From Xanthobacteraceae bacterium (GTDB lineage: Bacteria; Pseudomonadota; Alphaproteobacteria; Rhizobiales; Xanthobacteraceae), in NCBI GenBank assembly GCA_051986365.1, contig JBPYFG010000403.1, forward strand, positions 1 to 27,567: a stretch of 27,567 bases of DNA. The letters are read 5' to 3'. Shown piece by piece: positions 20,484-27,256 of this stretch (positions are counted from its first letter, which is position 1; each line of letters starts with the position of its first letter). The notes beneath the pieces are model-generated. The model was not told the origin of the DNA. It made no database searches and saw only the letters and a list, made by a program, of their open reading frames with translations. The translations under genes and the position numbers were made by a program.

Positions 20484-21632
20484 CTATGTGTCGCCCCAAA
20501 TATCGCACGCCAGATCGCAGACCAGTTCGAGCTTGCGCCTTTGCGCCTCGACTGTCAGCGGATTGCCGGTGTCGAGGCTGGCAAAGCCGCATTGCGGACT
20601 GACCGCGAGCCGATCCAGCGCCACGAACTTGGTCGCCTCGTCGAGGCGGCGTTTGAGAGCAGCCTTGTCCTCGAGCTCCGGTATCTTGGTGGAGACAAGC
20701 CCGAGCACCACCGATTTGTGCTTCGGCATGAAGCGCAGCGGGGTGAAGCTGCCAGCGCGGGGCGTGTCGTATTCGAGGAAATAAAATTGGATGGCCAAAG
20801 CATTGAACAGCCGTTCCGCAACCTCTTCGTAGCTGCCTTCGGCGTGCCAGTGGCCGCCGCGATTGCCGCGGCAAAGGTGCATGCCGATGTACATGTCCTT
20901 GGGCGCGGCGGCGAGCAGGCGGTTAGTCACCGCGATATATTTGTCGATCAGCGCGCTCCAATCATCGCCGCGCGCGGCGAGCGCGCTCTGTACCTGGGGG
21001 TCACCGAATTTGGCGAAAGCGGTTTCGTCGATCTGGACGTAACGGCAACCCGCCGCCGCAAGGGCGCGAAGCTCACATGTGAAGGCGTTGATCGTATCGG
21101 ACCAGAACTGATCCACGTCCTGGTATGCGCTTGCCGTTATCGCGGCATCGCCGCCGCGGAAGTGCAGCGCACAGGGCCCTGGAATCGTGATCTTCGGCCA
21201 GCGATTTGAGCGAATTTTGAGGAAGGCCGCGTCGGCCGTGTTGATCGGATGAGTCCATTGCACGCGGCTGCCGATTATCGCGACCGGCTGTGCGCCGCGT
21301 CCGCCGTCCCCGTCCGCGCCAACAGCATCGGCGCCGCCGATCGTGTCGATGCGCAATTGCCCAAGCCCGCCGTAGAAAAAGCTGTGATAGGAGCGACGAC
21401 GAAATTCGCCATCAGTGACAAATTTGAAGCCCAATTGCTCTTGCAGCCGAATCGCGTCGGCAATGGCGTCATCTTCGGCGGCGGCGAGCGCGGCGGCGGC
21501 GATCTCGCCCTTGGCAAAGCGGGCGCGTTCGCGCAGCAATTTGGCCGGACGCAGCAAGCTGCCGATATGCTCGGCGCGAAACGGCGGTTGTGCCGCGGCC
21601 ACATTTGCCGCCGCCTGCAAGCGGGCATTCAC
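20484..21632 (-). CDS. Single-barrel cobalamin-independent methionine synthase-like Zn protein (YxjG/YxjH-like; Meth_synt_2)
   Basis: PPFRAEHIGSLLRP, TDGEFRR, CRYVQIDE, Zn ligands HLCRGN, FLEYD, SPQCGFAS; only about 380 aa (no N-terminal barrel). GTG 21632 with GGAGG SD overlaps upstream stop. Confidence 0.88.
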   Translation of the reverse strand: MNARLQAAANVAAAQPPFRAEHIGSLLRPAKLLRERARFAKGEIAAAALAAAEDDAIADAIRLQEQLGFKFVTDGEFRRRSYHSFFYGGLGQLRIDTIGGADAVGADGDGGRGAQPVAIIGSRVQWTHPINTADAAFLKIRSNRWPKITIPGPCALHFRGGDAAITASAYQDVDQFWSDTINAFTCELRALAAAGCRYVQIDETAFAKFGDPQVQSALAARGDDWSALIDKYIAVTNRLLAAAPKDMYIGMHLCRGNRGGHWHAEGSYEEVAERLFNALAIQFYFLEYDTPRAGSFTPLRFMPKHKSVVLGLVSTKIPELEDKAALKRRLDEATKFVALDRLAVSPQCGFASLDTGNPLTVEAQRRKLELVCDLACDIWGDT

Positions 21633-22684
21633 GAACTGCCTCCGATCTCTGGCATCCTCACACCGTCTGCTTTTGCCATCGCTGCCAATTCGTCCCACAG
21701 CTTTGCCGGAATCGGGATGCCGGTCTTGCGGCGCGCCGCTTCAGTGCGGCTGCCGCGCTCACCGGGTAATAAAATTTCATCGAATCCGGCCCGGCGGGGC
21801 AGCGCCTTGATGATCGCGGCAAGCGCGTCGGCGTCGGTCTGAAAGTCGACCAGCGGCCGAAACGTTTCGATATCGATCACGACCATCGCGGTATTGGCGG
21901 TGTGCGGCGTGCCTTTTTGCGGGCCGAGCGCCGGCGCCTGGATCGGTGCTGCCGCAAGCACGCTGGCCAGCATTTCGAACATGAACGCCAATCCCGAACC
22001 CTTAGGACCGCCAAGCGGCAGCAGGATCTCGGCTTGTTTGGCATCGGTCGTCGGCTCGCCGGCGGCAGTGAGCACGGTACCTTCCGGTAGCGCCGCGCCG
22101 GTGGCGCGCGCCTGCAAGATCTTGCCGTTTGAGATCGTGCTGGCCGACATGTCGAGAGCGATAAGACCTTTGCTGCTCGGCACCGCAATGGCAATCGGAC
22201 TCGTCGCCATGCTGGCAACCCGCGCGCCGTGATAGGCCATCAAAGTAGGCCCGGCGCCCATGAGCAGCGCGGCACAGCCACGCCCGGCGATCCATTGCGC
22301 GTAACGTCCGATCGCGCCGGTATGGGTTGTGTGGCGAATGAGCGCGAAGCAGACCCCGATCTGTTTCGCCCGCTCGACCGCGCGCGCGGCCCCCTCCATC
22401 ACGGCGACGGGACCGAAGCCGTGCCCGCCATCGATCATCAAAGTCGCGCCGCGATCATGCACAGGCCGCGGCTGCGCTTTGACATCGATCTCACCGCTGG
22501 CCAGAAGCTTCACATAGCGCGGCAGCCGTGACACGCCATGGCCGTCGCCCCCGCGCAGATTGGCCCAGACCAGTCCCTGCGCCACGATCGTGGCGTCGTG
22601 GGCGTTGGCGCCATGCTTGACGAGAATGTCCGCGATGAAACGGCCGAGCTCGTCATGGCCGACCAGCTTGGCGGGCGCACTCAT
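21629..22684 (-). CDS. Ldh_2 family NAD(P)-dependent oxidoreductase (malate/L-sulfolactate/ureidoglycolate dehydrogenase-like)
   Basis: GHGVSRLPRY, DGGHGFG, HTGAIGRYA, TSPIAIAVP, LDMSAS, LGGPKGSGLA, LPGERG; start ATG 22684 overlaps upstream stop (ATGA). Confidence 0.92.
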   Translation of the reverse strand: MSAPAKLVGHDELGRFIADILVKHGANAHDATIVAQGLVWANLRGGDGHGVSRLPRYVKLLASGEIDVKAQPRPVHDRGATLMIDGGHGFGPVAVMEGAARAVERAKQIGVCFALIRHTTHTGAIGRYAQWIAGRGCAALLMGAGPTLMAYHGARVASMATSPIAIAVPSSKGLIALDMSASTISNGKILQARATGAALPEGTVLTAAGEPTTDAKQAEILLPLGGPKGSGLAFMFEMLASVLAAAPIQAPALGPQKGTPHTANTAMVVIDIETFRPLVDFQTDADALAAIIKALPRRAGFDEILLPGERGSRTEAARRKTGIPIPAKLWDELAAMAKADGVRMPEIGGSS

Positions 22685-23586
22685 GCTTTGCCCCGCGTCG
22701 GGAAATAGGCGTCGAGCCAGTTGCGCAGCAGCGTCCACACACGCGCCGAATTCTCGGCAAACAGAAAATGGTCGAGCCCGCTGAACAAATGTAGCTCAGC
22801 CGGTTGGCCGGCGCGCTTGAACATTTCGATCGACTGCTCGGTCGGAGTCACCGAATCATTGGCGGCATGGATCAAGAGCAAGGGGCGCGGTGCGATCTTG
22901 GCGACCACCTCTTCGGCGCGAAAATCGAACATGCTCTGCGCCGTCTCGGCCGGAAACATCTCGACCGAATTCGGCGCCAACATGCCGACCTTTTGCCGTT
23001 CCAGATTTTGCCGCACGTGGTCCGGGATTGGCACGATATCGTAGCGGGGTACCATCAGCGATTTGCCGGTCTGCGTGCGATGGGTGCGGCCCTCTTCCAG
23101 CATTTTGGTGAACTTGACCCAGGCTTCCGGCGTGCGGTGCTGGCCGCGAAATTTGCGTTCGCCGTGGCCCCAGCCGCCGTTCGAAATCACCGCGGCAAGG
23201 CGCGGATTGATGCCGCCGGCATAAACGGCGACGGCGCCGCCGAAGCTCGAACCGATCGCGCCGATGCGGTCCGGCTCAACCGCCGGATGGGAAGCGAGAA
23301 AGTCGAGCGCATTGCCGAGGTCTTCGACCTGTTCCAGGCAGATGACGCGGCCGAATTCTCCCTCGCTTTTGCCGCAGCCGCGCATGTCGAAGCGCAGCGT
23401 GACATAGCCGAATTGGTTGAGCACGCGCGTCGGCGCCAGCACGTTTGAGCTTTCGGAGTTGGAGCCGAAGCCGTGCAATACCAGGAATGCCGCACGCCGT
23501 TCCGACGCGCCCAGGTCCTCCGGCATGCCGAGCACGCCATGCAGGCGCAAGCCTGCGGACTGGAAACTGACCACCTGTTCTTTCAC
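22681..23586 (-). CDS. Alpha/beta-fold serine hydrolase (S33/S15-like)
   Basis: LHGFGS, RFDMRGCGKSEG, GSSFGG nucleophile elbow, HAANDSVTP (Asp), GLDH (His); start inferred at GTG 23586. Confidence 0.88.
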   Translation of the reverse strand: MKEQVVSFQSAGLRLHGVLGMPEDLGASERRAAFLVLHGFGSNSESSNVLAPTRVLNQFGYVTLRFDMRGCGKSEGEFGRVICLEQVEDLGNALDFLASHPAVEPDRIGAIGSSFGGAVAVYAGGINPRLAAVISNGGWGHGERKFRGQHRTPEAWVKFTKMLEEGRTHRTQTGKSLMVPRYDIVPIPDHVRQNLERQKVGMLAPNSVEMFPAETAQSMFDFRAEEVVAKIAPRPLLLIHAANDSVTPTEQSIEMFKRAGQPAELHLFSGLDHFLFAENSARVWTLLRNWLDAYFPTRGKA

Positions 23587-23677
23587 GACTGTGCCATCCC
23601 GGTTTTGATCCGGCGGCACTGTAGCGATTTGCCGCGGCAACGGAAGAGGTTGCGGGCCGCCGAAGGCCGAGACTTTT

Positions 23678-25276
23678 TCAGCGCAGCGATGGGGCGGTGG
23701 GCAACGATTGAGCGCTGCGGCCCGGCCAGCGTTCATGCGTCAGCGGCACGGCAAGCTTCACGCTCAGGCCCTTGCGCGAATATGAGTAGACGACTTCGCC
23801 ATTGAGCTGGCGCCGGATAACGAGATCGATGAGCCGCATGCCGAAGCCGAGCTTGCGCGGGCGACGCGCCGGCGGGCCATTTTTCTCGATCCAATCGAGA
23901 GAGAGCGTCATGCCGCGCTGCGCGCGGCTCACCGACCAGCGCAGCTCGAGCTGGCCCTTCGGCCGCGACAGGCTGCCGTGCTTGATGGCGTTGCCGGCAA
24001 GCTCATGCAGCGCGGCGCTCAGATGGAAAACCGGATCAGGCTCGAGATCGAAGTTCGGGCCGTCGAACAATACCCGATCGATATAAGGCCCCAACAAGAC
24101 GTAAAGCAGCTCCATGATCGGGATCGATTTCCAACCACCCTCGGTGATCAGCCGGTGGGCATTCGCCATCGCCAAGACACGGGCTTGATACTTGCTGGAG
24201 AGGTCGGGAATGCCCTTCGAAGTCCGCGCCGTCTGCGAGAATAATGCCAAGAGCTGCGAGAACAGATTGCCGGAGCGATGCCGCATGTCGCGAATCATCA
24301 ATTCGTGGCGCTGTTCGAGCTGGCGGCGCTGAATCGCGCCGGCCAAAAGATTGCCGATCGCGGCCAAAAACGAAATGTCCTGCGGATGAAATTTTCTTTT
24401 TTTGGCGGTGCAGACGCCGAGAATGCCATAGGCCCGGCCGTCGGGGCCGGCAATGCTTACGGTCACGCCGCTCTTGCAGCTGTGATCCTTCAAATAGCTC
24501 GGCATCTCGAATCTTGTCTCGGCGTCGAAATCGTCAACGACAATTGGAGCCGCCGAGTCCAGGGTGACGCGCGCAAAACTGTTCGCTGCGCCGGTGGTCA
24601 GGATCGAACCGACCAGATCGGATTTCCAACCATACCCGCTTCGCAGCAAGAGCTCGGTATCGCCCGGCAGCAATTCCAGGATCTTGACGAAATCGACATT
24701 TAGCGTCAGCGCAATCGTGCTGACCGCGTCATTTAAGAGCCGCTCCAGATCCGGTTCCACCAATGCCCGCTCGCCAAGCTGCGCCAGGGCTTCTTGTTGC
24801 TTAATCCTGCTGCGCAACTCGGTTTCGAGATTGGCCCGCTCGGTCACGTCGTAACACAAACCAAGGATGCGTCTGGCAGCGCCACCCTCGACGAAAACGG
24901 CGCCGCTCGTTGCGAGCCAGCGTTCGTCGGAGTTCGCGCTATGCGCGACGCGATAACGTGCGCGAAAGGCGCCTCGTTTTCGCACCGCTTCTTGCAGAGC
25001 GGCGTTGACCGCGCCGCGATCCTCTTCATTGATGACCTTGAGGAAGCCGGCATAGCTGCCGTCGAAACCGCCCGGCGGCAAGCCATGCAGCGCCGCAAGA
25101 TTGCTGGACCAGTTCACCGCGTTGGTCGCGAGATCCCATGACCAGACGCCGAGCTGCGCGGCCTCCAACGCCTCGTGGACAGTCGTAAAGTCCGGAAATA
25201 GTTCTGTCGCCTGATCCTGCGCCAGCCGATGTTCCGAACCGAATTTCGGCTGCTTGATGACTTCAGGCCTATCCAT
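23678..25276 (-). CDS. Cytoplasmic HWE-family sensor histidine kinase (PAS-GAF-HWE_HK)
   Basis: LGVWSWDL...NWS PAS fold; GAF segment (GVTVSI...YGILGV...F...DISFL.AIGNLL); H-box RHRSGN; HELAGNAIKHGSLS; W.E motif in DWIEKNGPP; GFGMRLI. No TM helix or LOV cysteine motif. Confidence 0.92.
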   Translation of the reverse strand: MDRPEVIKQPKFGSEHRLAQDQATELFPDFTTVHEALEAAQLGVWSWDLATNAVNWSSNLAALHGLPPGGFDGSYAGFLKVINEEDRGAVNAALQEAVRKRGAFRARYRVAHSANSDERWLATSGAVFVEGGAARRILGLCYDVTERANLETELRSRIKQQEALAQLGERALVEPDLERLLNDAVSTIALTLNVDFVKILELLPGDTELLLRSGYGWKSDLVGSILTTGAANSFARVTLDSAAPIVVDDFDAETRFEMPSYLKDHSCKSGVTVSIAGPDGRAYGILGVCTAKKRKFHPQDISFLAAIGNLLAGAIQRRQLEQRHELMIRDMRHRSGNLFSQLLALFSQTARTSKGIPDLSSKYQARVLAMANAHRLITEGGWKSIPIMELLYVLLGPYIDRVLFDGPNFDLEPDPVFHLSAALHELAGNAIKHGSLSRPKGQLELRWSVSRAQRGMTLSLDWIEKNGPPARRPRKLGFGMRLIDLVIRRQLNGEVVYSYSRKGLSVKLAVPLTHERWPGRSAQSLPTAPSLR

Positions 25277-25415
25277 GCCGTTAACGTCTCACTTCCGGCA
25301 CCTCGGCAAATAGATCGTTACTTGCGGCGTCCTTGAAAAGGGGTCGCGCTTGTTCATCGTCGCCCGTTATGCGCGGCCCTCGGCGGTGGCGATCTGGTGT
25401 GCCGGGTCTTGCCGA

Positions 25416-26195
25416 TCAATAGAGGCCGGCGGGTCCGGTTCTGCTGGAAATAAGCTCGCGCGGTTGCGCGGCTGGCCGCGCTGGCATTTGTGCCGACATC
25501 CCGGCGCCGGTCGGCGCGTCTTGCATCACATCGCGCTTGCCGTCGTCGAGCGACACGAGGCGCGGGTCACTTGCCAACACGACCACTTTTGTTCCGATCC
25601 CGACGCGATTGTAAAGATCAATGATGTCGGCGTTCTGCAACCTGATGCATCCGCTCGAAACGCGCTTGCCGATCGAACTCGGATCGTTGGTGCCGTGGAT
25701 GCGATATTCGGTATTGCCGAGATAAAGCGCCCGCGCGCCCAACGGATTTCCGGGGCCGCCGCCGACCCAGCGCGGCAAATACGGCTGACGCGCCACCATT
25801 TGCGCCGGAGGAATCCAGTCTGGCCATTCGGACTTACGCGCGATCGTTTCAACACCGGACCAGGTGAAGCCCTGGCGTCCGACGCCGATGCCATAGCGCA
25901 TCGCCATGCCGTGACCGAGCGTCAAATAAAGAAAAGTATGCCCAGTATCGATGATGATGGTGCCGGGCGGCTCGTTGGTCGGATAGGTCACCATTTGGCG
26001 CCGAAACTGCGCCGGCAACTGCTCCGTTCCGGCCTCATCGTCCTGCTGTTGCGGCGCGTATTGCGACAAGGGCTGATCGAAGCGAAATGCTGGCGCGAAC
26101 GAAAGCGCCTGCGCAAAAACGGGACCGGCGGAGACCGCGACAATCGCAAGCGTTGCGATCGCGCGGCAAAGGCGTGCGCGGCTAATTGCTAACAC
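25416..26195 (-). CDS. L,D-transpeptidase (YkuD/ErfK family), exported
   Basis: PPGTIIIDT...LYL, RYGIGVGRQG, NPLGARALYLG, catalytic IHGT...SSGCIRL.N.D; start GTG 26195, 6 nt after GGGAGG; signal peptide ending PVFA-Q. Confidence 0.93.
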   Translation of the reverse strand: MLAISRARLCRAIATLAIVAVSAGPVFAQALSFAPAFRFDQPLSQYAPQQQDDEAGTEQLPAQFRRQMVTYPTNEPPGTIIIDTGHTFLYLTLGHGMAMRYGIGVGRQGFTWSGVETIARKSEWPDWIPPAQMVARQPYLPRWVGGGPGNPLGARALYLGNTEYRIHGTNDPSSIGKRVSSGCIRLQNADIIDLYNRVGIGTKVVVLASDPRLVSLDDGKRDVMQDAPTGAGMSAQMPARPAAQPRELISSRTGPAGLY

Positions 26196-26234
26196 GACAC
26201 ACCTCCCGTGCTGAAATGCCGTTCTGCCGATAAT

Positions 26235-26260
26235 AACCATCGAAGGGAACTTAAAGTTCC
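26235..26260 (-). promoter_or_regulatory. Putative sigma-EcfG (GSR) promoter of the L,D-transpeptidase
   Basis: Minus strand GGAAC-TTTAAGTTCCCTTCGAT(17)-GGTT, one mismatch to GGAAC-N16/17-CGTT, about 40 nt upstream of the start codon. Confidence 0.6.
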
Positions 26261-26458
26261 ATTCCGATATCAAACAAACGATCGAAGATGACAGCTGGAA
26301 AGAGAAACAGAACAAACAAATAACGCGGCACAGCATGCGCCGCGTCGATTGCATTCTAATTTTATTTGTCGAAAATCCGAGCCGATGAAAAAAGCGTCGC
26401 AAGCCGCGGCGTCAGCGCCGCGATCACATGGGGCCACAAATAGATCGACGTGTTTCGA

Positions 26459-26776
26459 TCACGTCATGCAGCGTCCCACGATGTGCGCCAATCGTGGCGA
26501 TGAGATCGGCGAAAATGACCCCTCGCATCCGACTGGAATCTTCTGCGGCTTCGACGATTGTTCCTGCGTGCTCAAACCAGGTCGCGCGACGGTCGGAACA
26601 CTGGAGAGCGGGAGCCGGTCGCCCTTGAATTGCCGATTGACGGAGAAGCTTGGCGCCCTAGCGGCGATGCCGGCGCCAGCGGTTGGATCGGCGAAGAACG
26701 GGATGAGCCCGACAAAGAACAGGGCAAGCGCAGTTATTCCCAACGCGCCTGCGATGCGAACGAACAGCTTGGCCAT
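26459..26776 (-). CDS. Small exported/membrane-anchored hypothetical protein (about 105 aa) with C-terminal Cys pair
   Basis: ATG 26776 with GGAG SD; N-terminal hydrophobic segment; VNRQFKGDRL and GCEGSFSP...GRCM motifs recalled from small rhizobial hypothetical proteins. Confidence 0.75.
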   Translation of the reverse strand: MAKLFVRIAGALGITALALFFVGLIPFFADPTAGAGIAARAPSFSVNRQFKGDRLPLSSVPTVARPGLSTQEQSSKPQKIPVGCEGSFSPISSPRLAHIVGRCMT

Positions 26777-26864
26777 CGGATTGCTCCGCAGCGCTGATGC
26801 GACCACCCCTGCGATCGATCATGCACACGAAAATCCCCCGAGCTGACCACAACACCGCGGAGTT

Positions 26865-26889
26865 AACGCCCAAAGGCCCGTCGGGTTCC
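26865..26889 (-). promoter_or_regulatory. Sigma-EcfG (sigmaT/RpoE2-type) promoter of the small exported protein
   Basis: Minus strand GGAAC-CCGACGGGCCTTTGGG(16)-CGTT, an exact match to the GSR consensus, correctly oriented, in a phyR locus. Confidence 0.8.
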
Positions 26890-27010
26890 ATGGCCGGCCG
26901 CCGCTCACCGGGTCGTGATCTGGGGCCGGATTCGACCGCCAAACCGCATTTGCGGTCCTTGCGACACGTTGTGAGGGTAGGAACAAAGATGGGGCGCGGC
27001 ACTTGTCATG

Positions 27011-27101
27011 GCGAACGGCCATCCTTTCCCCCTCCCCCCGTGCTTGGCCGTTCAACGTTGGGCGCAGTCGATATGCCGATCGGCTGCGCCCTAACTTTTT
27101 T
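27011..27101 (+). ncRNA. Putative trans-acting small RNA with C-rich anti-SD loop (suhB/MmgR/alpha-r8-like architecture)
   Basis: Perfect 9-bp stem GAACGGCCA (27013-27021)/TGGCCGTTC (27045-27053) enclosing TCCTTTCCCCCTCCCCCCGTGCT, followed at once by a plus-strand intrinsic terminator; no plausible plus-strand CDS upstream. Confidence 0.7.
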
Positions 27102-27110
27102 GTTGTTGTT
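27057..27110 (+). terminator. Rho-independent terminator (plus strand)
   Basis: 13-bp stem GGGCGCAGTCGAT (27060-27072)/ATCGGCTGCGCCC (27079-27091) with one G-U pair and 6-nt loop, then TAAC-TTTTTTGTTGTTGTT; no U-tract in the minus direction. Confidence 0.85.
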
Positions 27111-27256
27111 TAAAGCGAGCGATAGAGCCACCAAGCCGAGCGATGCGGCAAATCTGATGTGCTTATGCGCTGCGGCGCACACGCCCGACAGGATCGGAGA
27201 AATTACATCGACAGCGTCACAGGGCTACGGCGTTCCACGGCCTCACACTGCGTCGA

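Noticed and set aside
19508-21842. Plus-strand ORFs of 197-251 aa antisense to the Bug and MetE-like genes
   Set aside because: GC-rich shadow frames without motifs; the minus-strand genes have clear family signatures.
25350-26192. 280-aa plus-strand ORF antisense to the L,D-transpeptidase
   Set aside because: Arg-rich shadow ORF with no domain signature.
27211-27236. Minus-strand GGAAC downstream of phyR as another EcfG promoter
   Set aside because: Positions 16-17 nt downstream read GCTG/CTGT, not CGTT, and no gene follows.
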